Source of the DNA: PVC group bacterium
Lineage (GTDB): Bacteria > Omnitrophota > Gorgyraeia > B26-G9
DNA: 64,000 nucleotides
Assembly: GCA_024231215.1 (NCBI GenBank)
Contig: JAAEQR010000142.1
Span: forward strand, 36,593-100,592
Direction: 5' to 3'
Shown: piece by piece, positions 35,917 to 46,421 of the stretch
How the letters are laid out: every line of letters begins with the position of its first letter
Numbering within the stretch: position 1 is the stretch's first letter
Notes under the pieces: model-generated
The model's database searches: none
What the model saw: only the letters and a program-made list of their open reading frames with translations
Told to the model about the DNA's origin: nothing
Made by a program: the position numbers and the translations under genes

Positions 35917-36645
35917 ATGGAAGAACACCTTTTAAAAACAGATTCTTTAGAAAAATCATATCGTCACAGAAAAATTGTTGACTCAGTCAGTATTCACATA
36001 AAAAAGGCAGAAGTCGTAGGTTTGCTAGGTCCAAACGGTGCGGGAAAAACTACGACATTTTATATGATTGTTGGTCTAATTTCACCGGATAACGGAAAGA
36101 TTTTTTTTGATAATAAAGATATCACCCGAATGGCTATGTATAAACGAGCTCGTTGTGGTATTGGGTATTTATCTCAGGAACCATCGATTTTCAGAAAGCT
36201 GACTGTAGAAGAAAATATTATGGCAGTTCTACAAACTTTAAAGATAAATAAGGCTGAACGCAAAAGACGATTAGAACAACTATTAGAAGAATTAAAAATG
36301 ACCTCTCTGGCTAAAAGCCAGGCATTAACCCTTTCCGGGGGAGAACGCCGTAGGCTTGAAATTACTCGCTGCCTGGTCACCAACCCGTCATTCATTTTGC
36401 TCGATGAACCGTTCAGTGGAGTTGATCCTATAGCTGTCTTTGAAGTACAACAAATTATTGCCGATTTAAAAAAGAAAGGCTTAGGGATATTACTAACTGA
36501 TCATAATGTACGCGAAACACTAAGCATCACAGACCGAAGTTATATAATGACTCAGGGCAAAATCCTGATGTCCGGAACTGCCCAGGATTTAATAAGCAAT
36601 CCAGAAGCAAAAAAGATATACCTGGGTGAAAAATTTGTCATGTAA
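35917..36645 (+). CDS. lptB: LPS export ABC transporter ATPase
   Basis: GPNGAGKTTTF, LSGGERRRLEI, LLDEPFSGVDP, TDHNVRETL, YLGEKF. Confidence 0.96.
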   Translation: MEEHLLKTDSLEKSYRHRKIVDSVSIHIKKAEVVGLLGPNGAGKTTTFYMIVGLISPDNGKIFFDNKDITRMAMYKRARCGIGYLSQEPSIFRKLTVEENIMAVLQTLKINKAERKRRLEQLLEELKMTSLAKSQALTLSGGERRRLEITRCLVTNPSFILLDEPFSGVDPIAVFEVQQIIADLKKKGLGILLTDHNVRETLSITDRSYIMTQGKILMSGTAQDLISNPEAKKIYLGEKFVM

Positions 36646-36655
36646 GGTTATTATA

Positions 36656-36684
36656 TTGACCTTAAAACAATTTAATGATAGTAT
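36656..36684 (+). promoter_or_regulatory. Sigma70-like promoter for hpf
   Basis: TTGACC-17bp-TAGTAT. Confidence 0.45.
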
Positions 36685-36721
36685 TACAATATTATTCTAT
36701 TTGTGAGAGGAGGAAAGAGTT

Positions 36722-37090
36722 TTGCAAGTAACTATAACCGGAAGACATTTTAGTGTAACACAATCTTTAAAAGAATATATTCATAAAAAGGTGGATCGAT
36801 TCAATAAATATTCCAGTAATATTATCGAAACACACGTGGTTTTGGGCGTAGAAAAATATCGCAATTTTGCCGAAATATCTGTATTCGGCAAACAACTCAA
36901 AATTACGGAAAAAAAAGAAAATGAAACAATGTATGCAGCAATCGATGATGTATGTACCGGCTTAGAAAAAGCTTTAAGTCGTCATAAAGACAAAATAAAA
37001 GGACATCGAAAAAAAGACAGCGATAAATATAAAGTGGACGTAGATGAAGAGGGAGGCTATACAGATGAAGATAATGGACTTTTTGAGTGA
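36722..37090 (+). CDS. hpf: Ribosome hibernation promoting factor (RaiA/HPF)
   Basis: MQVTITGRHFSVTQSLKEY...MYAAID...LEKALSRHKDK; TTG start with AGGAGG RBS. Confidence 0.9.
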   Translation: MQVTITGRHFSVTQSLKEYIHKKVDRFNKYSSNIIETHVVLGVEKYRNFAEISVFGKQLKITEKKENETMYAAIDDVCTGLEKALSRHKDKIKGHRKKDSDKYKVDVDEEGGYTDEDNGLFE

Positions 37091-37526
37091 AAAGGCATTG
37101 TGCGCTGATCTAAAGGCAACAACAAAAAAAGAAATCATAGAAGAACTAGTCAGTTCCTTGGTTGATGCTCAAATAATCAAAGATAAGAGCAAACTAATAA
37201 AGATTCTTCTAGAAAGAGAATCCCTGGGATCTACCGGTATTGGGCAAGGCGTAGCAATCCCTCATGGTAAATCAGAAAGCGTAAAAAAATTAGTTGCCGC
37301 CTTTGGGTTATCTAAAAATGGTGTAAACTTCGATTCTTTAGACGGAGAACCAGTATATATCTTTTTTCTTCTCGTTGCGCCGGAAGATTCAGCCGGACCT
37401 CATCTAAAAGCTTTGGCTAGAATTTCCCGACTTTTAAAAGACAAATATTTTAGAGATACACTGCGTTCAGCTAAGGACGAAAAGATGCTTGCAAAAATAA
37501 TTAAGCAAGAAGACTCAAGAAAATAA
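37065..37526 (+). CDS. ptsN: PTS EIIA (fructose/Ntr family)
   Basis: ERESLGSTGIGQGVAIPHG, FDSLDGEPV, HLKALARISRLL. GGAGG RBS before ATG 37065. Confidence 0.85.
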   Translation: MKIMDFLSEKALCADLKATTKKEIIEELVSSLVDAQIIKDKSKLIKILLERESLGSTGIGQGVAIPHGKSESVKKLVAAFGLSKNGVNFDSLDGEPVYIFFLLVAPEDSAGPHLKALARISRLLKDKYFRDTLRSAKDEKMLAKIIKQEDSRK

Positions 37527-37529
37527 AAA

Positions 37530-38780
37530 ATGCGCATTCTGAAATGGTTATATCCAGGAATGAAAGTAAAGCGCTGGATTTTTTTAAGTGCTTTAGGTAT
37601 CATTTTAGTAGTCTGCGGAACAATACAGTGGATAAAACAATGGGAGAATAATAATATTTCTCTCTTTGGAGCCGCGTTACTGATTATCGGTATTATTTTA
37701 CTCATTATCGGCTCTAAGCAGATGACCAAATCATTTATTACGTTATTTGCTCCGTTATATCAAGAAAAAGAGTTAGTTGATATTGTTTATAAAAAACGAC
37801 AGTTGAGTCGCGGCCCCCGCATTGTAGTCATTGGCGGAGGAACCGGACTTTCCGTTCTTTTACATGGACTTAAGTCATATACTTCTAATCTGACCGCCAT
37901 AGTAACTGTAGCTGATGACGGTGGCAGCTCAGGTAGATTAAGACAACAATTTGATATTCTTCCCCCGGGAGACATTCGAAACTGTTTAGTCGCATTAGCT
38001 GAAGCAGAACCGTTAATGCGAGATCTTTTTCAATTTCGTTTCCAGGAAGGGACAGAATTAGCTGGACATAATTTCGGCAACCTTTTCATAACTGCCATGA
38101 CAAAAATCGCTGGTGATTTTGAAAAAGCAATTAAGGAATCAAGTAAGGTTTTAGCAATCAGCGGACAGGTTATTCCTTCAACCTTAAAAAGAGTTACCCT
38201 GGTAGCTGAACACACTGACGGGACAAAAACTTATGGAGAAACAAGAATATCTAAAAGTACAAGTCCTATTAGCCAGGTTCATCTAATGCCGGAGGAGTGT
38301 TTACCAACAGAAGATGCACTTGAAGCAATAAATAATGCAGAAGCCATTGTGCTAGGACCAGGTAGTTTATATACCAGTATACTGCCAAATTTGATTATAA
38401 AAAATATTCCGGAAGCGATAAATAAGGCTAAAGCAATAAAAGTCTATGTTTGCAACGTAATGACTCAATCAGGAGAAACTGATGATTTTACAGCATATGA
38501 CCATATTAAAGCGATACAAGCACATGCTAAAAGTAAGATTATTGATTACAGTATTGTAAACACGGGCACTGTTCCAAAAGAGTTCTTGAAAAAATATAAG
38601 AAAGAAGGCGCAGTTCCAGTAAAACCAGATATTGCCCAGATTGAAGCAGCAGGCATTAATGTTATTGCTGATAATGTAATTAGTACAAAAGATCATGTTC
38701 GGCATAATTCTGAGAAAATAGCCAAAAATATTATTGATCTTGTAGAAGAAATAAGATCCAAAAATGCTGTTTATGTATAA
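37530..38780 (+). CDS. YvcK/GlmR (UPF0052) family protein with N-terminal TM helices
   Basis: IGGGTGL, VADDGGSSGRLR, PPGDIRN, GHNFGNL, GPGSLYTS, VRHNSEK. Confidence 0.92.
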   Translation: MRILKWLYPGMKVKRWIFLSALGIILVVCGTIQWIKQWENNNISLFGAALLIIGIILLIIGSKQMTKSFITLFAPLYQEKELVDIVYKKRQLSRGPRIVVIGGGTGLSVLLHGLKSYTSNLTAIVTVADDGGSSGRLRQQFDILPPGDIRNCLVALAEAEPLMRDLFQFRFQEGTELAGHNFGNLFITAMTKIAGDFEKAIKESSKVLAISGQVIPSTLKRVTLVAEHTDGTKTYGETRISKSTSPISQVHLMPEECLPTEDALEAINNAEAIVLGPGSLYTSILPNLIIKNIPEAINKAKAIKVYVCNVMTQSGETDDFTAYDHIKAIQAHAKSKIIDYSIVNTGTVPKEFLKKYKKEGAVPVKPDIAQIEAAGINVIADNVISTKDHVRHNSEKIAKNIIDLVEEIRSKNAVYV

Positions 38781-38800
38781 ACTACTTTGTTTGGAGAATT

Positions 38801-39094
38801 ATGAACCAACCATCTAAATCTGTTACAAAGAATGTAGTTATAAAAAATAAAACTGGTCTTCATGCTCGTCCAGCGGCTGTATTTGTACAGGTGGCTAATA
38901 AATTCGATAGTGAAATCTCTGTACAAAAAGGCAAACAGAAGATTAACGGAAAATCAATCATGGGAGTACTCATGCTTGCCGCAGGACAGGGACAGGAAGT
39001 AATAATCGTCGCGGATGGTCCGGACGCAGAAATTGCGGTAAAAGAACTGGAAAAAATTCTTTTGAGTGATGATGATGAAAAAAAAATTAGATAG
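38801..39094 (+). CDS. ptsH: Phosphocarrier protein HPr
   Basis: GLHARPAA (His15) and NGKSIMGVLML (Ser46). Confidence 0.95.
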   Translation: MNQPSKSVTKNVVIKNKTGLHARPAAVFVQVANKFDSEISVQKGKQKINGKSIMGVLMLAAGQGQEVIIVADGPDAEIAVKELEKILLSDDDEKKIR

Positions 39095-40829
39095 AAAAAT
39101 AATTAAGGGAGTTGCAGCATCCCCGGGCATAGCTATTGGCCGAGTATACCTTTGGGATAGCGAAGACTATAATATCCATACTTATCCAGTAAAAGAGTCC
39201 TCTTTAGCTACGGAAATTGTGCGTTTTGAAGAAGCATTAATTAAGACGCGTGCAGAAATAATAGATATTCAGAAAAAGCTATCTAAGGAAATGGGTGTTG
39301 AGCACGCGGAAATTTTTAACGCACATCTTCTGGTATTAGAAGACCGAATGCTAATCGAAGAGGTTATTAATAAAATAAAGAAGGAACGCGTAAACGTTGA
39401 ACGAATTTTTGTCGAAGTTCTGAAAAAATACTGTGATATTTTCTCCAAAATGGATGATGAATATTTAAGGGAGCGGTTGATAGATATCCAGGATGTTGGT
39501 AAACGTGTTGTGCGCAACCTTTTGGGCAAACAAAAAACGGAATTATTTGATTTAGGAGAACAAGTTGTTGTTGTCGCAACAAATCTTTCGCCATCTGATA
39601 CAGCTCTAATGCAAAAAGATGAAGTTATCGGATTTGCTACCGATATGGGTGGCCGCACTTCTCATACAGCAATTTTAGCACGTTCTCTGGAAATCCCGGC
39701 GGTTGTTGGATTAAAAACTCTAACCCCTGGAGCATTAAAAGGTAACAGTATCATTATCGATGGGAATAATGGGATTGTAATAATCAATCCCAAAACTTCC
39801 GATATAAAAAAATATAAAATAGAAAAAAAGAACTTTGAAAATTTCGAACGCGGTCTTTCCCGGTTAAAAAGCCTGCCATCTATAACAAAAGATAAACATA
39901 CTGTCCAAGTTGGTGCAAATATAGAATTTCCAGAAGAAATGACCTCTGTACTCTCACACGGAGCAGAGGGCATAGGTCTTTATCGAACTGAATATATGTT
40001 CCTGAATCGGCCGGATTTCCCCAGTGAAGAAGACCACTTTAAAGCTTATAAAAAAGTAGCTCAATGTATGCAAAAAAAACCTGTAGTTATTCGAACTATG
40101 GATTTAGGCGGCGATAAATTTGCTTCTCATCTAAATTTTCCGTTAGAAATGAATCCTCTAATGGGAATGCGAGCAATTCGGTTTTGTCTGGCCCGACCTA
40201 GTATTTTTAAGACACAGTTGGCCGGGATATTACGAGCCAGCGTTTACGGCAATTTGAAAATAATGTATCCCATGATTTCCGGAGTAGAAGAATTGCAGCA
40301 AGCAAATTTGATATTACAAGAAGTCAAAACAGATCTTAAGAAAAAAGGCATTCCTTTTGACGAAAAGATTGAAGTTGGGATTATGATTGAAGTACCGTCT
40401 GCAGCACTTATCGCTGATATTCTAGCCAAGGAAGTTGACTTCTTCAGTATCGGAACAAATGATCTGATTCAGTACGCACTTGCTGTAGATAGAACAAATG
40501 AAAAAATAACATATCTGTATGAGCCAGCACATCCTGCGGTATTGCGAATATTAAAATCTATTATAGACACAGGACACCAAGCAGGTATATGGGTTGGCAT
40601 GTGCGGAGAAATGGCTTCAGAACCACCGTTCATATTACTTCTTTTAGGATTAGGGCTTGATGAATTCAGCGCAAGTGCAGTATCTGTTCCTGAAATAAAG
40701 AAAGTCATTCGTTCTGTTACTTATGAACAGGCAAAAAAAATTGCAGACAAAGTGCTACAGTTTTCAACCGCTTCTCAGATTGAAAGCTATACAAGAACAA
40801 AATTAGGCGAAATTATCTATAACAAATAA
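39066..40829 (+). CDS. ptsI: PTS enzyme I
   Basis: GGRTSHTAILAR, GIGLYRTE, IRTMDLGGDK, SIGTNDLIQY, GMCGEMA. True start may be 39075. Confidence 0.96.
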   Translation: MMMMKKKLDRKIIKGVAASPGIAIGRVYLWDSEDYNIHTYPVKESSLATEIVRFEEALIKTRAEIIDIQKKLSKEMGVEHAEIFNAHLLVLEDRMLIEEVINKIKKERVNVERIFVEVLKKYCDIFSKMDDEYLRERLIDIQDVGKRVVRNLLGKQKTELFDLGEQVVVVATNLSPSDTALMQKDEVIGFATDMGGRTSHTAILARSLEIPAVVGLKTLTPGALKGNSIIIDGNNGIVIINPKTSDIKKYKIEKKNFENFERGLSRLKSLPSITKDKHTVQVGANIEFPEEMTSVLSHGAEGIGLYRTEYMFLNRPDFPSEEDHFKAYKKVAQCMQKKPVVIRTMDLGGDKFASHLNFPLEMNPLMGMRAIRFCLARPSIFKTQLAGILRASVYGNLKIMYPMISGVEELQQANLILQEVKTDLKKKGIPFDEKIEVGIMIEVPSAALIADILAKEVDFFSIGTNDLIQYALAVDRTNEKITYLYEPAHPAVLRILKSIIDTGHQAGIWVGMCGEMASEPPFILLLLGLGLDEFSASAVSVPEIKKVIRSVTYEQAKKIADKVLQFSTASQIESYTRTKLGEIIYNK

Positions 40830-40844
40830 AACAAATTAAAATAT

Positions 40845-41582
40845 ATGCAAATACTTGTATTAGCAGCAGGATACGCTACAAGACTATATCCTTTAACAAA
40901 ACATTGGCCAAAACCGTTACTTTTGGTAAAAGAAAAACCAATAATTTCGCACATTATTGATAATGCGCAAAAATTACAGGATATAACGGAAATAATTGTT
41001 GTTACAAACGACAAATTTGTTGAATATTTTCAAAAATGGGCAGAAACTTATAATTGTTCAGCAAAAATAACGGTCTTAAGTGATAAAACTACGTCCGAAG
41101 ATAATCGCTTAGGAGCAATTGGGGATATAGCCTACGTTCTTAGAAATCATTCTATAACTGAGGACTTATTAGTGATCGGCGGCGACAACCTATTTTCTTT
41201 TGATTTGACAGCTTTTGTTGATTTTGCACAAAACAAAAAAGACGCCTGCACAGTTGGACTATACAACATATTTGACCTGGAAAAAGTTAGATATTATGGG
41301 ATTGTTACAGTTAATGATACTGGGAAAGTAGTTGATTTCGAAGAAAAACCGCAGAAAAGTTTATCTACCCTTATTTCAATGTGTCTGTATTATTTTCCGT
41401 ATAAGCGTTTGGAATTAATCCCGGAATATTTAAAAAATAATAGTAGTCATGACGCACCCGGCAATTACATACGCTGGCTGCATAACATAATCGATGTTTG
41501 GGGCTATGAACTAAAAGGGGACTGGTATGATATTGGGGATATTGATACCTTTTATCATTCAAATGTAACCTTTAAAGACTAA
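40845..41582 (+). CDS. Nucleotidyltransferase family (sugar-phosphate NTP transferase)
   Basis: LAAGYATRLYPLT..PKPLL, GGDN, FEEKP, WYDIG. Confidence 0.88.
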   Translation: MQILVLAAGYATRLYPLTKHWPKPLLLVKEKPIISHIIDNAQKLQDITEIIVVTNDKFVEYFQKWAETYNCSAKITVLSDKTTSEDNRLGAIGDIAYVLRNHSITEDLLVIGGDNLFSFDLTAFVDFAQNKKDACTVGLYNIFDLEKVRYYGIVTVNDTGKVVDFEEKPQKSLSTLISMCLYYFPYKRLELIPEYLKNNSSHDAPGNYIRWLHNIIDVWGYELKGDWYDIGDIDTFYHSNVTFKD

Positions 41583-41672
41583 GGCTCTTTTAAAAGAGCC
41601 TTAAGGGGGGATGAGTCCCCCTAGCGGAAATATGCAGTCCATTTTAAATAAATAAAAAATTGACTGCATATT
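41580..41672 (+). promoter_or_regulatory. Three-hairpin structured leader upstream of metK
   Basis: Perfect 24-bp palindrome TAAGGCTCTTTTAAAAGAGCCTTA (41580-41603); GGGGGA-tgag-TCCCCC (41606-41621); AATATGCAGTC...GACTGCATATT (41629-41672). Confidence 0.5.
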
Positions 41673-41718
41673 ACTAAGGATGGATGGGAACCACTAAAAT
41701 GAAAGGAAAGGTTTTTTT

Positions 41719-42876
41719 ATGAAAAAAGTATATTATTCTACATCCGAATCAGTAGCATGCGGTCATCCGGATAAATTATGCGATCAGGTTTCTGATGCTG
41801 TACTGGATGAGGTTTTAAGACAAGATAAGTGGGGCAGAGTAGCATGTGAAACATATGTTACTATGGGATTAATCATCATCGGCGGAGAAATCACAACTAA
41901 AGCATATGTCGATATACATTCACTGGTGAGAAATGTTGTAAAAGGAATTGGATATAGTCATCCAAAATACGGCTTTGACTATAATACTTGTGCAATACTA
42001 AATGCGATTCATAATCAATCTCCGGATATCGCTATGGGAGTTGATACCGGTGGGGCAGGTGACCAGGGAATGATGACCGGCTATGCCTGCAAAGAAACTC
42101 CGGAACTTATGCCTCTTGCGCTTATGTTGAGTCATAAATTAGTAGCAAAAATGAAAGAAGTTCGGGATAAGAAAATATTGAAATATTTAGGGCCCGACGG
42201 AAAAGCTCAGGTTACAGTACGATACGAAGATGATAAACCTGTAGAAGTTACTTCTGTTGTTTTGGCTTGCCAGCACACAGAAGAAGTTCTTAATCCGGCA
42301 AAAACTCACATGAATAAAAAAGCACGGCAGGAAATAATTGATATCATTGGTAAGCCGGTCCTGAAAAAATGGATCGGTAAAAACACTAAGTTTCACATAA
42401 ATGAAACAGGGAAATTTGTTGTAGCCGGACCTCAATCTGACACCGGAATGACCGGCAGAAAGATTGTTGTTGATACATACGGTGGTGTTGTTCCTGTAGG
42501 CGGCGGTGCTTTTTCCGGGAAAGACCCAACCAAAGTTGACCGTTCTGCAGCATATATGGGGCGTTATATAGCTAAGAATGTTGTTGCTAGCGGACTTGCA
42601 GACAAATGTTATATCCAGGTAGCTTATTGTATAGGCATGAGTGATCCTCTTTCTGTATTTGTCGATACATATGGTACGGGTAAAGTATCTGATGAGAAAA
42701 TAATCAAATTAATTAAAAGTAATTTTTCCCTAAAACCAAAGGGGATTATAAAAGAACTTGATCTATTAAAGCCTATTTATCAGAAAACAGCCTGTCACGG
42801 ACATTTCGGCAGAAACGAAAAATCATTCACATGGGAACGCACTGATAAAGCAGCTAAACTGCGTAAAGCAGCTTAA
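41719..42876 (+). CDS. metK: S-adenosylmethionine synthetase
   Basis: [49 protein letters not shown]. Confidence 0.97.
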   Translation: MKKVYYSTSESVACGHPDKLCDQVSDAVLDEVLRQDKWGRVACETYVTMGLIIIGGEITTKAYVDIHSLVRNVVKGIGYSHPKYGFDYNTCAILNAIHNQSPDIAMGVDTGGAGDQGMMTGYACKETPELMPLALMLSHKLVAKMKEVRDKKILKYLGPDGKAQVTVRYEDDKPVEVTSVVLACQHTEEVLNPAKTHMNKKARQEIIDIIGKPVLKKWIGKNTKFHINETGKFVVAGPQSDTGMTGRKIVVDTYGGVVPVGGGAFSGKDPTKVDRSAAYMGRYIAKNVVASGLADKCYIQVAYCIGMSDPLSVFVDTYGTGKVSDEKIIKLIKSNFSLKPKGIIKELDLLKPIYQKTACHGHFGRNEKSFTWERTDKAAKLRKAA

Positions 42877-42890
42877 AAGGAGGCATTAAT

Positions 42891-44306
42891 ATGGCTACGG
42901 CATTAGGAGACTACAAAATCAAAGATATTAATCTTGCTGATTTTGGAAGAAAAGAAATTACCATAGCAGAGCATGAAATGCCAGGACTGATGGCTATACG
43001 TGAGAAATATAAAAAAGAAAAACCTCTCACCGGTGTCAGGATTATGGGTTCATTGCATATGACTATTCAAACCGCAGTTCTTATCGAAACCCTGACTGAC
43101 CTCGGAGCTGATGTGCGTTGGGCCAGCTGTAATATATTTTCGACACAAGACCACGCAGCAGCTGCTATCGCAAAATCAGGCGTGCCGGTATTTGCCTGGA
43201 AAGGGGAAACTCTAAAGGAATATTGGTGGTGTACAGAGCAAGCGCTTTCCTTTCCTGAAGGGAAAGGTCCCCAGCTTATAGTAGATGACGGGGGAGACGC
43301 AACATTAATGATCCATCTTGGCGCAGCCGCAGAAAAAGACATGGCTGTATTAGAACGCGCACCCGGTGGACCAGATGAGGCAGAGCTTATGTCTATTCTC
43401 AAAGAAACCTTGAAAGAAAACAAAGATAAATGGACTCAGATCGTAAAAGACTGGAAAGGCGTATCCGAAGAAACCACAACCGGAGTACATCGTCTTTATC
43501 AAATGATGGAAAAGGGAGAATTACTAGTTCCGGCGATCAACGTAAATGATTCGGTCACAAAGTCTAAATTTGATAACCTCTATGGCTGTCGAGAATCACT
43601 TGCTGATGGTATTAAGAGAGCAACCGATGTAATGATGGCTGGTAAAGTTGCTGTTGTCTGTGGCTACGGGGATGTGGGTAAAGGCTCAACTCAATCTTTA
43701 GACGGTTTCGGAGCTCGCGTTATTGTAACTGAGATAGATCCAATTTGCGCCTTGCAAGCAGCAATGGCCGGGCTTGAAGTTACTACACTCGAAGACACTC
43801 TCGGCCGTGGTGATATATATGTAACAACTACCGGTAATAAAAATGTTATTACTGCTGAGCATATATCAAAAATGAAAGATCAGGCTATTGTCTGCAATAT
43901 CGGACACTTTGATAACGAAATTGAAGTTGTAGCTTTGGAAAATTATCCGGGGATAAAAAAGGTTAATATCAAGCCGCAGGTAGATAAGTATATTTTCCCA
44001 GACGGAAAAGAAATATACCTGCTGGCTGAAGGAAGACTTGTTAATTTAGGCTGTGCAACCGGGCATCCTTCGTTTGTAATGTCCAATTCTTTTACTAATC
44101 AAGTCTTGGCACAAATTGATCTTTGGAAGAATAAAGATACGTATAAACCCGAAGTTTATAGGCTTTCAAAATCTCTGGATGAAGAAGTAGCCAGATTGCA
44201 TCTAGAAAAAATCGGGGTGAAATTAACCAAATTAACCAAAGAACAAGCGGACTATCTCGGTGTTCCAGAAAATGGTCCGTATAAACCAGAACACTATCGA
44301 TATTAA
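42891..44306 (+). CDS. ahcY: Adenosylhomocysteinase
   Basis: [52 protein letters not shown] end. Confidence 0.98.
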   Translation: MATALGDYKIKDINLADFGRKEITIAEHEMPGLMAIREKYKKEKPLTGVRIMGSLHMTIQTAVLIETLTDLGADVRWASCNIFSTQDHAAAAIAKSGVPVFAWKGETLKEYWWCTEQALSFPEGKGPQLIVDDGGDATLMIHLGAAAEKDMAVLERAPGGPDEAELMSILKETLKENKDKWTQIVKDWKGVSEETTTGVHRLYQMMEKGELLVPAINVNDSVTKSKFDNLYGCRESLADGIKRATDVMMAGKVAVVCGYGDVGKGSTQSLDGFGARVIVTEIDPICALQAAMAGLEVTTLEDTLGRGDIYVTTTGNKNVITAEHISKMKDQAIVCNIGHFDNEIEVVALENYPGIKKVNIKPQVDKYIFPDGKEIYLLAEGRLVNLGCATGHPSFVMSNSFTNQVLAQIDLWKNKDTYKPEVYRLSKSLDEEVARLHLEKIGVKLTKLTKEQADYLGVPENGPYKPEHYRY

Positions 44307-44330
44307 ACAAAAAGGAGGAATAAGAAAAAA

Positions 44331-45338
44331 ATGACGTCATATAAGGATTTAGGTTTTGTAAATACAAAAGAAATGTTCAAAAAAGCAATGGCCGGCAAAT
44401 ATGCTGTTCCTGCTTATAACTTCAATAACATGGAACAGATCCAGGCAATTATCGTTGCTTGCGTAGAAACACAGTCACCGGTAATTTTGCAGGTTTCCAG
44501 CGGAGCCCGTAAATACGCAAACCAAACGTTGCTTCAATACATGGCACAGGGTGCGGTAGAAATGATGAAGAAGCTAGCAGCAGAAAAAGGCCTTAAAGAA
44601 GTCCCAATCGCTTTACATCTGGACCATGGAGACACTTTTGAACTTTGCAAGTCATGTATCGAATCCGGATTTTCTTCTGTCATGATCGACGGTTCACACC
44701 ATTCATTTGAGAAAAACATTGAATTAACAAAACAGGTGGTTGATTATGCGCATCAGTATGATGTAACTGTAGAAGGAGAACTTGGAGTTTTAGCCGGAAT
44801 CGAAGATGATGTAGTTGCTGAGAAATCAACCTACACTAAGCCTGAAGAAGTAGTTGAATTTGTAAAAAAAACCGGGGTTGATTCATTAGCTATTTCCATC
44901 GGGACATCACATGGAGCTAATAAATTCAAGCCTGAACAGTGTACTCAAAATGAAGACGGAGTTTATATTCCACCAGCGCTGCGATTTGATATCTTAGAAG
45001 AAATAGAGAAACAAATACCCGGCTTTTCTATCGTACTACATGGATCATCATCTGTACCGGTAGAAGCAGTAAAAATGATCAATGAAAACGGCGGCGCTTT
45101 AAAAGATTCCGTAGGAATCCCGGAAGAACAGATTCGCAAAGCAACAAAATCAGCTGTATGCAAGGTAAACATTGATTCTGACGGCCGTCTCTGGATGACT
45201 GCTGCAGTTCGAAAACACTTTGGTGAGAAACCGGCAGATTTTGATCCGCGTAAATACTTAGGACCAGCCAGAGAAGCACTTGTTAAAATGTACGCAAGTA
45301 AAAATCAAAACGTTCTCGGTTCAGCCGGAAACGTCTAA
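44331..45338 (+). CDS. fba: Class II fructose-bisphosphate aldolase
   Basis: LHLDHG, SVMIDGS, VEGELG, IGTSHGA, VLHGSS, KVNIDSD, FDPRKYL. Confidence 0.95.
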   Translation: MTSYKDLGFVNTKEMFKKAMAGKYAVPAYNFNNMEQIQAIIVACVETQSPVILQVSSGARKYANQTLLQYMAQGAVEMMKKLAAEKGLKEVPIALHLDHGDTFELCKSCIESGFSSVMIDGSHHSFEKNIELTKQVVDYAHQYDVTVEGELGVLAGIEDDVVAEKSTYTKPEEVVEFVKKTGVDSLAISIGTSHGANKFKPEQCTQNEDGVYIPPALRFDILEEIEKQIPGFSIVLHGSSSVPVEAVKMINENGGALKDSVGIPEEQIRKATKSAVCKVNIDSDGRLWMTAAVRKHFGEKPADFDPRKYLGPAREALVKMYASKNQNVLGSAGNV

Positions 45339-45356
45339 AATAGCTCTGTAGTAGAC

Positions 45357-45397
45357 AAAGAAGCAACTTCTTAAAAAAAGGGGTTGCTTCTTTTTTT
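45357..45397 (+). terminator. Rho-independent terminator after fba
   Basis: AAAGAAGCAACTTCTT...AAGGGGTTGCTTCTTT stem followed by a T run. Confidence 0.75.
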
Positions 45398-45449
45398 GTT
45401 TTGGAATAAAAACAAAACTAATGCTATAATAACTTTACAGGAGGGAAAT

Positions 45450-46421
45450 ATGAATAAACAGGATTGGTTTCGTAAGAAATTTTCCCGTAAACAGTTTTTA
45501 CAACTGTTGGGAGCAGGAGCAGGTTTTTTAGCCTCTGAGAATATACTTCTTAAAGCCGCATTGGCCTTTTCTAAATCAGATACTTCTCCTGGAAGGAAAA
45601 AAGGGGGACTGACCGGTAATTATGATCTAGTATCAGCAACCGGAGAAAATCCGTACCAGATGACTGTAAAAGCAATCAAGGCTATGGGCGGAATGAAAAA
45701 ATTCGTTAATCCAGGAAGCGTAGTTCTGATAAAACCCAATATTGCATGGGACCGTACTCCAGAACAAGCCGCAAACACAAATCCGGAAGTTGTTGCCGCA
45801 TTAATTGACTTATGTTTACAATCCGGAGCAAAACGAGTCAATGTTTTTGATAGCCCCTGCAATAATGCTCAGCGCACATATCAAAACAGCGGGATTGAAA
45901 AAATAGCAAAAGAACATGGCGCTAATGTCTTCTTTGCCAATACATGGAATGTAGTCCGGGCGAAATTCCCGTATGAAAGCCCGATGCAAGATTGGCCTGT
46001 ATTTCGAGAAGCACTGGAGTGTGACACATTTATCAATGTCCCGGTAATGAAACACCATAGGCTTACAAAACTTACTCTATCGATGAAAAATCTTATGGGA
46101 GTATGTTCCGGAAATAGAGGAAATATTCATACAGATATAGGTAGAAAATTAGTAGATATAACGACATTTATTAATCCTGATTTAACGGTCATCGACGCTT
46201 ATCGAGTATTAGTTCGCAATGGCCCGGTAGGAGGGAATTTAGATGATGTTGTCTATATGAAACAGCTACTTATCGGAACAGATCCCACCCTAACAGATGC
46301 ATATGCTAGCACACTCTTGGATATCGATCCATTAACAGTGCCATATATACAAAATGCTATAGACCGCGGAATAGGAAGTATTGATTTTAAAAAAGCGAAC
46401 ATTTTAAAGATTACCGCATGA
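45450..46421 (+). CDS. DUF362 domain protein with Tat-like signal
   Basis: FSRKQFLQ signal; VLIKPNIAW, TNPEVV, INVPVMKHH, SMKNLMG. AGGAGG RBS before ATG 45450. Confidence 0.85.
   Translation: MNKQDWFRKKFSRKQFLQLLGAGAGFLASENILLKAALAFSKSDTSPGRKKGGLTGNYDLVSATGENPYQMTVKAIKAMGGMKKFVNPGSVVLIKPNIAWDRTPEQAANTNPEVVAALIDLCLQSGAKRVNVFDSPCNNAQRTYQNSGIEKIAKEHGANVFFANTWNVVRAKFPYESPMQDWPVFREALECDTFINVPVMKHHRLTKLTLSMKNLMGVCSGNRGNIHTDIGRKLVDITTFINPDLTVIDAYRVLVRNGPVGGNLDDVVYMKQLLIGTDPTLTDAYASTLLDIDPLTVPYIQNAIDRGIGSIDFKKANILKITA

Noticed and set aside
41583-41718. Known SAM-I or SAH riboswitch
   Set aside because: Consensus elements were not recognisable by eye; kept only as a candidate novel structure.
45384-45449. 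Extended N-terminus for the DUF362 ORF
   Set aside because: It starts within the fba terminator; the RBS supports ATG 45450.
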